A stretch of 64,000 nucleotides of DNA, taken from contig CAWHEP010000014.1 of assembly GCA_963828525.1 (NCBI GenBank), positions 288,001 to 352,000 of the forward strand, written 5' to 3'. Made by a program: the position numbers and the translations under genes. Source of the stretch: an uncultured Verrucomicrobiae bacterium. Its GTDB lineage: Bacteria > Verrucomicrobiota > Verrucomicrobiia > Chthoniobacterales > Chthoniobacteraceae. The notes under the pieces are model-generated. The model did not search any database. It saw only the letters and a list, made by a program, of their open reading frames with translations, and was not told the DNA's origin. Every line of letters starts with the position of its first letter. Within the stretch, counting starts at the first letter, position 1. This document shows positions 1 through 9,645 of this stretch, one piece after another.

Positions 1-407
1 TTCATTGCCTCATCCAGCAGCCGCAACTTGCTCTTTACGAGACCCTCCAGCCTCAGTGCGCACTCCCGCTGTTCGGGGGAGCCTTTCACCACTGCCGCTT
101 TTAGGTCTTCCAGCGCCTGGGCCGCGTCGCGTCTGCTGGCCGAAAATTGCGCGTAATGTTCTGGCGTGCCACCGGCAAGGACCACGAGAGCCGAGCACTC
201 CATCCCCGCGAGCTGCTGCGAAAAAGCGGTGTCCGCCTCCATCACGCGCCACGTCTGGTTCAGGGAAGCGACAGTCCTGCGAACCATGCGCACAACCCTG
301 TAGCTTGAAAACGCCAAAAGCGCTGACATTAACAAGGCAAGGCTGAATCCCGCCAAAACTTTCCGCGGAAGAGACCGTCCCGCCTTCAGGGTATCGATGG
401 GTGTCAT
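1..407 (-). CDS. Partial membrane sensor protein (TM helix + CHASE3-like periplasmic domain), probably a histidine kinase; runs off the window
   Basis: Manual translation from ATG at 407 gives MTPIDTLKAGRSLPRKVLAGFSLALLMSALLAFSSYRVVRMVRRTVASLNQTWRV...SPEQRECALRLEGLVKSKLRLLDEAM, open to the window edge. Not in the ORF track. Confidence 0.6.
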   Translation of the reverse strand, partial: MTPIDTLKAGRSLPRKVLAGFSLALLMSALLAFSSYRVVRMVRRTVASLNQTWRVMEADTAFSQQLAGMECSALVVLAGGTPEHYAQFSASRRDAAQALEDLKAAVVKGSPEQRECALRLEGLVKSKLRLLDEAM

Positions 408-419
408 CGGGAATTCACG

Positions 420-504
420 CGGAGGGGGTGGGATTCGAACCCACGACGCCTTTCGGCGTGCCGGTTTTCAAGACCGGTGCAATCGACCACTCTACCACCC
501 CTCC
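420..504 (-). tRNA. tRNA-Ser (anticodon TGA), long variable arm, CCA not encoded
   Basis: Reverse complement is GGAGGGGTGGTAGAGTGGTCGATTGCACCGGTCTTGAAAACCGGCACGCCGAAAGGCGTCGTGGGTTCGAATCCCACCCCCTCCG: acceptor stem GGAGGGG/CCCCTCC, anticodon loop CTTGAAA, T-loop GTTCGAATC. Confidence 0.97.
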
Positions 505-721
505 TGCTTGGTTTTGCAGACTAGCCGCGCGGGATGGATTCGGCAACTCGGATTCAGACCCTGGCCGCAACGCCCGCCACGGTGATTCAGGTGGGCTGAT
601 CTTCTGCGTCAGTCACAAGCCTGCTTGTCAAAGTGGCAAACGAAAGAGGTCGCAGTCAGATCGGTCTGGTAGCCCGATGCCTGGTTTCAGTTTCATCGCG
701 GTGGGTTGGGAGGGATTCTAA

Positions 722-1264
722 TCAAGGCCATCTCTCCAAGGAAGCGCCGTCCCTTCCGAGAATAGTCAGCGAATCCGGCGCGCGCATGGCGTTCGGAAAA
801 ATAGCCAAATTCTCCGACGCGATTCCGCGCTGAGGAAGGAAACCGGATGGCGGTGACGATACTCTGTGCCGCAACTGTCGCGCCGAGGAGCTGGAGCGGT
901 GTGGGGCTGGGTGCCAAAAGGAAGGGGTTGTAGAAATCATCATCGGACAGGTCAAACAATTTGCGCAGACCCAAATCCTCAAAGTCCAAAAGTGCAGCGA
1001 TCCGAAGATCTCCGTAGTAGGTCAGTTCCGGCTCGGGGTTGGTGTAGTGGCTCGCGTATTCTGTATGCGCGGTTTCCCGATCTTCGGACATGTATAGCGT
1101 TTTTGCCCCCGATGATTGCAGCGATTTACCGCGCCGGACGTAAAAAGGTAGCTCGGCGGCGAGCCACTACCGAATGTTAGTTGCGAAATGCATCGAACAA
1201 GGCGGCCCGAAAAACGATGCGTCGGAGCTGTTGCTAGCAACTTCTTCCAGTCCCGTCCAGCCAT
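722..1264 (-). CDS. RES-domain toxin; two apparent frameshifts (~1100 and ~815)
   Basis: Joining ORFs 1022..1264, 693..1091 and 722..982 gives ...GAVNRCN...LYMSEDRETAHTEY...IRFPSSA...NLAIFP, which contains the R, E and S motifs. The first shift lies in an A homopolymer. Confidence 0.75.
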
Positions 1265-1270
1265 GGACGA

Positions 1271-2122
1271 TTAGGACGACGCGCCCGTCAGCATACTTTC
1301 CACAAGGTCCGCCACTACTCCCGCTCTTTTGCTTTCGATGATCTCCATCGGAGTGTGATCATCCAGGTGATAGTTCTTTCGATGGAGCCACGCCCGAAAG
1401 TCTCGCCTGCCGAAAACCGCCAGCAGCCGCGCGATATGCTCAAGCGGACGAAGCTTTTCCTGAATGGCCGGGGCATCGGGCGTTTTGCCAAGCGCTTGCC
1501 GCGTGCTGCCAATCAGCTCTCCGAGCCTGGCGGTGCTGAAACCGAACAGTTCCGCGACTTTGGGGGCGGACAGCCTTCCGCTGGCGGCCAGGAGCGGGCG
1601 AATGGCAGCAATTACCTCACGGGCCTCGCCCAAGGCGTCCGTGGTAGTCATCATTCGTTTCAGCGGGGCCTTTTCGGAAGCTGCGGGGATCTCGGAATTT
1701 TCGCCAATGATGAGCGATTTGGGCGCTCCAGTCTGAGCCCAGTATTTGGCGATGGATTGCGTGAGGCTCTTCTTTAATTCTCCGGGGCCATAGGCAAACT
1801 CCACCTGCGCTTTGCCTGGAAATAGCCGCAAAACCTCCGCCAGTTCCGTCGCGCTATGCTCGGCGGGCTTGGAGAATTCGACCACCAAATACGGATTGGC
1901 GCCGGTCGTTTTGTTATCCCACTCAGGCAGGTAAGGCCCACCTTGCATCAACTCCGAAGGCTTAACGGATTGGATCACGACGATTCCCGGTTTGATTTCC
2001 GCGCGCCGGAGCTTCTCAAGCGTCGTGCTGGTCACGTTCCACGCTTTTGCCCAGACAGGAACACGCGCCTTTCGGCGCAGGCCAGCGAATTGAATTGGCA
2101 ACTTCTCGATGACATGGTTCAT
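1271..2122 (-). CDS. Xre/MbcA/ParS-type antitoxin with long N-terminal extension
   Basis: HTH-like LSAPKVAELFGFSTARLGELIG, then a C-terminal toxin-binding motif RAWLHRKNYHLDDHTPMEII...VADLVESMLTG; 6 nt upstream of the RES gene. Confidence 0.75.
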   Translation of the reverse strand: MNHVIEKLPIQFAGLRRKARVPVWAKAWNVTSTTLEKLRRAEIKPGIVVIQSVKPSELMQGGPYLPEWDNKTTGANPYLVVEFSKPAEHSATELAEVLRLFPGKAQVEFAYGPGELKKSLTQSIAKYWAQTGAPKSLIIGENSEIPAASEKAPLKRMMTTTDALGEAREVIAAIRPLLAASGRLSAPKVAELFGFSTARLGELIGSTRQALGKTPDAPAIQEKLRPLEHIARLLAVFGRRDFRAWLHRKNYHLDDHTPMEIIESKRAGVVADLVESMLTGASS

Positions 2123-2309
2123 GACTCAAGCGTAAATCTCATGTAAACCTCGCTCACAGCGATCTTCTCCCGGTCTTCACGCTGTCGTAGCTGCTATTGC
2201 GAAAGGGCGCTCCCAGCGGCCCCGTTTACAAGAATGCTTTCTTCCCGGCAATCGCCCAGGTCGAGGCCCGAATCCACCAGCACTTAACCGGCTGGAGTTA
2301 TGCCATTCG

Positions 2310-4199
2310 TCAAATCTCGATCTGAGAGTCAATTTCAATTGTGCGGTCCCCTGGCATTTGAAAATACTCCGAAGCTTTTTGCGCGGTGCGACACATAAAA
2401 ATAAACACTCCTTCACGCCATTTAGGTAGTCCCTTGTTCGGCGTCGCAATAAAATTCCTCCCGCTCAGAAAGAAGGATGTCGACTGCGGGTCAATACTCA
2501 AAGCCTGCCTGCCCATGCAGTCGAGAATTTCGCGAATGGTCGGATGTTCCATGAAGCCAAAACTGGCTATGATCTGGTAAAAGTTGTCCTGCAAGGGGAT
2601 CACCTCAAGGCGTCCGGCGGATCTGCGTCTCGGGACCCGGTCTGTAATTATGGTCAACACGATATTCCTCTCGTGAAGAACGTGATTGTGTTTTAAATTC
2701 TGGACCAGCGCGCTAGGCGTGCCTTGCAACCAGCCGGTCAGAAATATGGCGGTTCCCTTAACACGCTCGGAAATAATCTCCACCGTCGAACTGCCAGAAC
2801 TGAGCGCCCCGACGAAATCCTTCAACGGTGTTCCGGACTCCAGTTCCTGCTCTTCGATGACTTTTCCACCCATCTTCCATGTAGTCATCAAGTAGAAGAG
2901 AACTGCCCCGATACACAAAGGCAGCCAGCCGCCGTGAAAAATCTTGAGCGCGTTGGACGCGAAGAAGGCAAGTTCCACGCAGGCAAATACAATGCAGATC
3001 GCGCCACCCTTCATCGGACTCCATCGCCAGAGGCGCTGGCAGGCGAAAAAGAACAGGCAGGTCGTGGTCAGCATCGTCAAAGTGACTGCCACGCCGTAAG
3101 CCGAAGCAAGAGCGGAACTGCTCCTGAACCCGATCACTAACGCCATGCATGCGGCTGCCAAGGCATAGTTTACGTTCGGTATGTAGATCTGACCTGAGGC
3201 GGTCTCATTTGTGTGCAAGACCGTCATTCGAGGCAGATATCCCATCTGCATGGCTTGCATCGTCAGCGAGAAAACGCCTGAAATCAGAGCTTGCGAAGCG
3301 ATGACGGTGGCTGCCGTCGCAAGCACGACGAGCGGCGCCAGCGCCCAGCCGGGGGCAAGAAGGAAAAAGGGGTTCTCGACGGCTTTCGGCTGAGAGATCA
3401 CCAGCGCGCCCTGGCCGAGGTAATTAAGCGCCAGGCTGGGTAGGACCAGGAGGTTCCACCCCAATTGAATGGGACGCCGCCCGAAATGTCCGAGATCGGC
3501 ATAAAGCGCCTCGCCGCCCGTTACGGCAAGGAAGACACTTCCCAGCACGATCATTGCGCTCCTGGCGTGCTCGATCAGATAGCGTCCTCCCGCGTAAGGG
3601 TTCGCCGCGCGCAAGATTTCCCAATGCCCGATCACGTGCGTGATGCCCATGAGCGCCATAATGAAGAACCACAAAAGCATCACCACGCCAAAAACCTTCC
3701 CGACCCGGCCCGAGCCTTTGCACTGAATCGCAAAAAGAGCAAAGAGGATGCCGATCGTCAGGGGAACGGTGAACCTGCTGAAAGTGGAGGAGAGCAGTGT
3801 CAACCCTTCGACGGACGAAAGAACCGAAATGGCCGGCGTTATAACGCCATCCCCGTAAAGAAGCGCGGCCCCGGCTATCCCCAGCGCGGTCATAACAGTG
3901 ACAGTGCGGCCGGAATTTGGAGCGCCTTTCTCCGGGAACGCGAGGGAGAGAAGGCTGAGTATCCCGCCTTCTCCCTGGTTATCAGCGCGCAGAATGAGGC
4001 CGGCGTATTTGACGGAGACCAGAATGATGAGGCTCCACAGAATCAAGGAGACGATCCCGAAAACATCTTCTCGGGAAGAACCTTGCGCCAGGCATTCCTT
4101 AAACGCGTAAAGGGGGCTGGTGCCAATGTCGCCGAACACGACGCCAAGGGCGGCCACGGCTAAGGGGAGCGTCTTTTGCTTCGGCGAATCCTCTGGCAT
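2310..4199 (-). CDS. kup: KUP/HAK/KT potassium transporter
   Basis: GVVFGDIGTSPLYA, ADNQGEGG, LYGDGVITPAISVLS, GEALYADLGHF, GQIYIP motifs. Confidence 0.96.
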   Translation of the reverse strand: MPEDSPKQKTLPLAVAALGVVFGDIGTSPLYAFKECLAQGSSREDVFGIVSLILWSLIILVSVKYAGLILRADNQGEGGILSLLSLAFPEKGAPNSGRTVTVMTALGIAGAALLYGDGVITPAISVLSSVEGLTLLSSTFSRFTVPLTIGILFALFAIQCKGSGRVGKVFGVVMLLWFFIMALMGITHVIGHWEILRAANPYAGGRYLIEHARSAMIVLGSVFLAVTGGEALYADLGHFGRRPIQLGWNLLVLPSLALNYLGQGALVISQPKAVENPFFLLAPGWALAPLVVLATAATVIASQALISGVFSLTMQAMQMGYLPRMTVLHTNETASGQIYIPNVNYALAAACMALVIGFRSSSALASAYGVAVTLTMLTTTCLFFFACQRLWRWSPMKGGAICIVFACVELAFFASNALKIFHGGWLPLCIGAVLFYLMTTWKMGGKVIEEQELESGTPLKDFVGALSSGSSTVEIISERVKGTAIFLTGWLQGTPSALVQNLKHNHVLHERNIVLTIITDRVPRRRSAGRLEVIPLQDNFYQIIASFGFMEHPTIREILDCMGRQALSIDPQSTSFFLSGRNFIATPNKGLPKWREGVFIFMCRTAQKASEYFQMPGDRTIEIDSQIEI

Positions 4200-4330
4200 C
4201 CCGGGTAGCTATTCGGATTTGGAAGTGATAGCTGGCTCTAACCCCAAAGCTTCGCCTCACAATTCATAATTCAGAAGATTAAAAAATCAGCGATGTTGCA
4301 GTCGCTTACACCGTCTCGTATTTTCCAGCC

Positions 4331-4531
4331 ATGTCCAAGGCGGAGCAAATCAAAGCCGAGATTGATGCGCTATCTTGGCAGGAACGCTGCGAACTCAACG
4401 CCTTGCTCCAGAGCTGGCCGGGTGACGACTAGGACCGCCAAATGGCATCAGAGGGCAAGTTTGATCGCCTGATAGAGGAAGCCGGGCACGAATACCGCAG
4501 CGGAGAGTGCCGCGCCTGGCCGAAAGCTTAG
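4331..4531 (+). pseudogene. Small antitoxin-like ORF interrupted by an in-frame TAG
   Basis: MSKAEQIKAEIDALSWQERCELNALLQSWPGDD*DRQMASEGKFDRLIEEAGHEYRSGECRAWPKA. TAG at 4430-4432 sits where a WDRQ motif would have TGG. Confidence 0.55.
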
Positions 4532-4600
4532 ATCATTCATCGCTTCCACTCCGTTTGCCCTTCTGCGCTTGTCCAGCCGTTCCGCCGCGCCCCTGAACCA

Positions 4601-6164
4601 TCACACCCCCGCCGAAACCAGCGCCCCGCTCTCTCGTAGCGGCGCCTGTTTTGAATGTGGCACGCTCATCTCGAGCTGGGAGCGATAACGGAGATGCCGG
4701 CGCCGGGACCAATCCACGAGTGGGCGCCACACCGTGTGGACGAGATCGTGTTTTATGAGCAGATGCCAGAACCGGTTCGAGCGTTTGTACAGGTAGGACA
4801 TCGCTAGGTAGGGAAGGACGGCGCTCGGCTCTTCCGGCCTGCGCTGCCAGATGGATCGGTGCGAGAAGAGGCGTTGATAGAATCCAGCCGTATCCGCGCG
4901 CGAGTTCCTCCGGGCTCATGTGCTTGGGTTGGAACACGACGTGAGCGGTGTCATACTGGCTCCAGTCACGGTGCAGTAAGCGCCCCTCGCTTTCCATCTG
5001 CGCGAAGAGCGGAGTGCCGGGGTACGGCGTGAGTATGTGGAAAGTCGCGCACTCGAGCTTGTTCTCTTCGATCCAGCCCGCCGTTGTCGCGAACACATCG
5101 CGGCGGTCTTCATCGAAGCCGAGCACAAAGCTTCCGTTTACCTGGATGCCATGGTCTCGCAGTATGCCGACGCGGCGCGCGTATTCCTTTGTGCGCGGTG
5201 ATCGCTTCCGCGCGCTCGCGATATTCGCGTCCGAGAGGCTTTCGAACCCGACAAACACGCCCGTGCAACCCGCGAGCGCCATCTCGCGGATCAGCGTAGG
5301 GTCGTCGGTCACGTCTAGCGTCACGGCGGCGCTCCAGATCTTTTCCAGCGGTCGTAACGCTCTGCACAATGCGCGAAGATACTCCGGTCGTGAACCCAGA
5401 TTGTTGTCGATGAAGACGGCGTACGGCTGATCGTCCGCTAGGAACTCCCCGGTGATCTGAGTCGTGTCTCGCGTCCGATAGGGCATCCGCAGTCCAGCCG
5501 TGGAGAGGAAGCAGAATCCGCATCGATTGTGGCAGCCGCGCGTGGCGATCAAGCTGCTGGTCGTAAGAAAGCTCTTCCGTGGCAGAAGGTCCCGGCGCGG
5601 CGGCGGGTCTTCCCGGTATTCGGTCTCATACATAGCTTTGTAGAGCGGCTGCAGTTTGCCGTTCTCAAAATCCCGCAGGATCAAAGGCCAGAGTTGTATG
5701 CCATCGCCAACCGCGAGCGCGTCCGCATGCGGCGCGCATTCCTCAGGGCAGGAGAGAACATGCAGGCCGCCAAGGATCACTTTGCTCCCGCGCTTCCGGT
5801 ACCACGCCGCCAGTTCAAAAGCGCGTCGTGAGAAGGTGAGATGAACGGTGATGCCGACGATGGCTGGAGGGGGATCACTGGGGGGAGAGCCGTGCAGAAG
5901 ATTCTCGTCCCAGTATCGCAGCGTCCAATGCGCCGGAGTCGCCCCGGCGAAGCTTGTGAGCGCGAGCGTAGGCGTGAGAACGTGTTTCCCCAGGCTGGCA
6001 TGGGCATCCTTTTTATAGAAAGGGTTCAGCAGCAACGCGCTGAACGCCCGAACGGGGGAGCATGGTAGCTCATGACCGAGGGGGGGAGGCTCGCTCATTT
6101 CTTTGGGCAGCCATAAGGCTTTGAGCTTTGCGCGAAACGGTTCTTCGGGGTCGATGGCTTTCAT
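4601..6164 (-). CDS. B12-binding domain radical SAM protein; frameshift near 4880
   Basis: CxxxCxxC motif RGCHNRCGFC, N-terminal VILGGLH cobalamin-binding region, TPYPGTPL; the C-terminus continues in ORF 4601..4801. Confidence 0.88.
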
Positions 6165-6199
6165 TTTGTGGGTAGTGAGACGCCGCAATCCAGTTGGTC

Positions 6200-7036
6200 T
6201 TACTTGAATGATTCCAGACGCTCTCGCGCGGCCATCACTGTTTCCTGGAGCGTCGAGGTGCCTCCGGTGAGTCCGACGACGCGCGTGTCCTTGAACCATT
6301 CTCTGCGGAGCTCTTCGCTCCGCTCCACATGGTATGCCGCCACGCCCGCCGCCTCGCATCTGGCGACCAGTTCACGCGTGTTGTTGCTGGCAAACCCACC
6401 GACGATGACCATTGCGTCCACTTCCCCGAGGAGGCTTTTCAGCGCGCGTTGCCGATCCTTCGTCGGCTTGCAGATCGTGTCGCAAAACAGCACCTCCGCG
6501 GTCGGTCGCTCCCGCCGCAGGCAACCGATTAACTCTTGAACGCGGTCAAGTCTCTGTGTCGTTTGCGAAATTACGCCATACCGCTCCTTCACAGGCAGAA
6601 CACCAATGTCTGCTGATGTTTCGATGACGCATGCCTCTGGGAAGTCGCCGATCAGCCCGTTTACCTCCACATGTCCGCGCTGTCCCACGACCACTGGGAA
6701 ATATCCCTCGCTGACCAGGGACTGAAGCTGTTCGTGCGCGTGTCGCACGAGCGGGCACGTGCCGTCCGCCACCGCATGCCCCGCGTCTAGCCAGGCCCGT
6801 CGGCGAGTATCAGATGCGCCATGAGCCGTGATCATTACCTGCTTTGTGGGCGCTTCGCCCGGCATGTCGAGCGGGCTTTCGTGGATGCCCGCGGCGGCAA
6901 GGCGCGCGCGAGCCACCGGATTATGGACGAGTTCCCCCAGGATGGTGAGGGGTTCTTTCGCCAGGGCCTCCGCTGCGCGCAGGGCGTCCCGCACTCCGAA
7001 ACACATTCCGTAATGAGCTGCCATTTTTATGATCAT
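6200..7036 (-). CDS. ispH: 4-hydroxy-3-methylbut-2-enyl diphosphate reductase
   Basis: GMCFGV, LVHN, TAHG, DGTCPLV, HVEV, DTICKPTKDRQ, SNNT, TGGTST motifs. Confidence 0.95.
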   Translation of the reverse strand: MIIKMAAHYGMCFGVRDALRAAEALAKEPLTILGELVHNPVARARLAAAGIHESPLDMPGEAPTKQVMITAHGASDTRRRAWLDAGHAVADGTCPLVRHAHEQLQSLVSEGYFPVVVGQRGHVEVNGLIGDFPEACVIETSADIGVLPVKERYGVISQTTQRLDRVQELIGCLRRERPTAEVLFCDTICKPTKDRQRALKSLLGEVDAMVIVGGFASNNTRELVARCEAAGVAAYHVERSEELRREWFKDTRVVGLTGGTSTLQETVMAARERLESFK

Positions 7037-7041
7037 AACTT

Positions 7042-7060
7042 TACTTTGTGCGGCAAAGCA
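7042..7060. promoter_or_regulatory. Palindromic operator copy 2 (TACTTTG-N5-CAAAGCA) just upstream of ispH
   Basis: Inverted repeat matching the copy at 7971-7991; 5 nt from the ispH ATG. Confidence 0.65.
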
Positions 7061-7076
7061 TCCGCGCAAAAACTTT

Positions 7077-7373
7077 CTACGCGCGCGCTGCTTTCACGAT
7101 TTCCTCGAGCACTGACAAATACTTTTGGAATGCCGCGCGACCCGCCGCCGTAAGCGAGTAGCTGGTCTGCGGACGGTCCAGGACTTCCTTTGTCACCGCC
7201 ACGTATCCGCAATCATGCAATGTCCGCAGATGCGAGACGAGATTCCCATCGCTCATCTTGAGTTCCGTTTTCAGATCCCCAAATGTCCGGGTCGCGCGGC
7301 TTGCCAGCAATGTCATGATTGCGAGGCGTCCTTTCTCGTGGATGGTCTTGTCGAGCCTGTCAAAGTCCAGCAT
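7077..7373 (-). CDS. Winged-helix transcriptional regulator (HTH_34/ArsR-MarR-like)
   Basis: LDKTIHEKGRLAIMTLL...MSDGNLVSHLRTL..GYV...RPQTSYSLTAAGRAAF. Confidence 0.9.
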   Translation of the reverse strand: MLDFDRLDKTIHEKGRLAIMTLLASRATRTFGDLKTELKMSDGNLVSHLRTLHDCGYVAVTKEVLDRPQTSYSLTAAGRAAFQKYLSVLEEIVKAARA

Positions 7374-7377
7374 GAGG

Positions 7378-7965
7378 TCATCGGGCGCGGCGCGGCCAGG
7401 CGCTTGCCGCGTAGAAAAGGTGAAATAGCCCGAAGGTCGCGCCCATCGCCTGATAGGGGTATGTCGCTCCGGGCCCGTAACGAAACACCCAGAGTGAATC
7501 CAGGCACCCAGCCGCTGTGAACGCCGCGCCCAGGAAGGAGATTGAGCGGGGGGCGAAGTGGCCCGTTGCGAGAAGAGCGAGGCCGTAGAAGAGCATCAGG
7601 ATCGGAGGCGCCGACACGCACGAAAGCAGGAAGAAGAAAAAGCCTCCCACGAGCATCGCGGGCAGCACGGCGCGCAGCGCCATTTTCATTCCGGGCGAGA
7701 TAATAGGGTCGCCCCGCCTCTTTGCTTCGGTCGAGATGTATAGCGTATTTGCCGCCAGCGTGAGGAGAAGCGTGATTCCCCAAGTTACGCGGAAAGCCCA
7801 GTCACCGCCGGTCGTCTTCCAATCCATGGGCAACCAGGCGAGCGCCACAGCCAGCAGCCCTCCGGTCAGCGCGGTCGGAGCGGAGATCGCGCGATAGATG
7901 GTTGCGCGTTCCATGAGTTCACGGATGACCTTCAGGTGCTCTTCGGCGCGCTGCTGTTCATTCAT
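7378..7965 (-). CDS. Multi-pass membrane protein co-transcribed with the regulator
   Basis: N-terminal AEEHLKVIRELMERATIYRAIS followed by about 6 hydrophobic segments. Confidence 0.75.
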   Translation of the reverse strand: MNEQQRAEEHLKVIRELMERATIYRAISAPTALTGGLLAVALAWLPMDWKTTGGDWAFRVTWGITLLLTLAANTLYISTEAKRRGDPIISPGMKMALRAVLPAMLVGGFFFFLLSCVSAPPILMLFYGLALLATGHFAPRSISFLGAAFTAAGCLDSLWVFRYGPGATYPYQAMGATFGLFHLFYAASAWPRRAR

Positions 7966-7970
7966 TGAAC

Positions 7971-7991
7971 ATACTTTGCCGTACAAAGTAT
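7971..7991. promoter_or_regulatory. Palindromic operator copy 1 (ATACTTTG-N5-CAAAGTAT)
   Basis: Perfect 8-bp inverted repeat directly upstream of the ATG at 7965. Confidence 0.75.
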
Positions 7992-8062
7992 TGCCGCGCA
8001 AGCTCCGTTTTTGCTATCGAAGTCGCTTGCCCGGAAATTCGCTTTCCCGCGTAAACGTCCTG

Positions 8063-8104
8063 AAAAGCAAAAACACCGCGTAACGGAAATTCCGTAACGC
8101 GGTG
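8063..8104 (-). terminator. Intrinsic terminator after the PagL-like gene
   Basis: Hairpin CACCGCGTAACGG-AAATT-CCGTAACGCGGTG, followed on the minus strand by TTTTTGCTTTT. Confidence 0.75.
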
Positions 8105-8130
8105 AAATGCTTTAGCTGATTCGGCGGACG

Positions 8131-8793
8131 TTAGAAAAAGTAGCAGACGCCGAAGAGGCCGCCGAACGTGTCCAGACCGAGGTTGCGATCCGCCATATTC
8201 GCGTTGGAGATGTGCGTCCAGCCTCCCTCGAGCGTCAGCGCAAGGTTTTCACGCAGCATGAAGTCAACGCCAGCGTGGTTTTGCAGATTGAACTCAAACG
8301 ACTCGCCGACTTCGCGTTGCGAATTGTCTAGATAGATATTGTTGAAGACCATGCCGCCGCCGAGTTCGTAGAAGGGGATGATGCGGCAGCCGGGATGCAC
8401 GAAGTTGTAGCGCATGAGGAAGCTTACTCCCCCAAAGGTTGAGCCTTTGTCATGGCCGGAGTACACCTCGCCGCCGATGCCCTCGAACAGGAATTCAAAA
8501 TTACCGCGAAGAAGTCCACTAAAAAACCCGGTATCCTTGGGGGACGTTAGCATCCGGCCAATCCTTACGCTTTCCTGTGCGAAATCGATCGATTTCCGTC
8601 CAGCGCCGCCGGGAGGAGTGTAAGAGAGGAACGTCCCCGCCATCAGATCGACCTCCGTCACACCCTTTGTGAAGGGCGACTGCATTTCCTCCTTGGTCGC
8701 GGTGGTTGCTGGCGCTTCGGGTCCGGCTTTGGCTTGGAACGCGCTGCCCACTAACAGGATTGCGCTGAGGATGGAAATGGATTGGCTTTTCAT
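8131..8793 (-). CDS. Outer-membrane acyloxyacyl hydrolase / PagL-like lipid A deacylase
   Basis: Signal peptide, beta-barrel pattern, HISNA catalytic motif, NLGLD, C-terminal Phe. Confidence 0.85.
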   Translation of the reverse strand: MKSQSISILSAILLVGSAFQAKAGPEAPATTATKEEMQSPFTKGVTEVDLMAGTFLSYTPPGGAGRKSIDFAQESVRIGRMLTSPKDTGFFSGLLRGNFEFLFEGIGGEVYSGHDKGSTFGGVSFLMRYNFVHPGCRIIPFYELGGGMVFNNIYLDNSQREVGESFEFNLQNHAGVDFMLRENLALTLEGGWTHISNANMADRNLGLDTFGGLFGVCYFF

Positions 8794-9018
8794 AGTTTGG
8801 TTTCTTGGGCGCGGTCATGGGGGATCTCCCCCGGATTGATGGCGCGTCGAAGTTTGGCGGCAATATTACGCCTGTCAAACAATTTTCAGCCCGTCGAAAT
8901 TGCCGGGTGTTGTTGGAAGTGGCGCCAACACGGGCGGTACAATTGCCCTACTGCCCCGCGGAGGTTTTGGCTTTTCACGCCGTCCTGCAGGTAATACACG
9001 TCAGGGAGTTTCGGAGTC

Positions 9019-9555
9019 GTGATTCAACAAGAGCCAACGAATTTGAGGCGACGCATTCGGAGTCTCCTATGGGTTTTCATCCTTGGGTTGATCGTCAGTG
9101 GAGCGACCGCCATTCCGCTTCAAGCTGAAATTAGCCTGCTCTCCCAAATCATAGGGGCAGATGACAATGCCGGCATGGTTCGAGGCGCGCTGGCCCGATG
9201 GATAGAGAAGGTTCACGTCGGCCTTGTTCAGACTGACGCCCGCTACCCCTTCATTGCCTACGGCACGGACTGGCTGGCGTTCGCTCACTTCGTCATCGCC
9301 ATCGCGTTCATCGGGCCTTTGCGCGACCCGGTGAAAAACATCTGGGTTGTTGAGTTCGGGATGATCGCCTGCGCGCTGGTTGTTCCGTTCGCGTTGGGAA
9401 TGGGAGCCGCGCGCGGCATTCCGTTCGGCTGGCGTTTGATCGATTGCTCCTTCGGAGTATTCGGCTTTCTTCCCCTTTGGCTCTGCCGCGGATACATCAT
9501 GGAGCTCGCCCGCATGTCACCGCGAACACCCGGAATGTCCCCGCGCGAAGCGTGA
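9019..9555 (+). CDS. Conserved hypothetical membrane protein
   Basis: YPFIAYGTDWLAFAH...GPLRDPVKNIWV...WRLIDCSFGVFG; several TM segments. Confidence 0.75.
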   Translation: MIQQEPTNLRRRIRSLLWVFILGLIVSGATAIPLQAEISLLSQIIGADDNAGMVRGALARWIEKVHVGLVQTDARYPFIAYGTDWLAFAHFVIAIAFIGPLRDPVKNIWVVEFGMIACALVVPFALGMGAARGIPFGWRLIDCSFGVFGFLPLWLCRGYIMELARMSPRTPGMSPREA

Positions 9556-9645
9556 TCGCTGCCGGGGGAGGGGTCTGGATGAGGAAAAGTGGACGCTAGC
9601 TCTGGACTGCTCCACTTTCGATCACACCCAACTTGCTGTGTATTT

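Noticed and set aside
4200..4330. c-di-AMP (ydaO) riboswitch upstream of kup
   Set aside because: No recognisable consensus, and the region is short; an Infernal scan would settle it.
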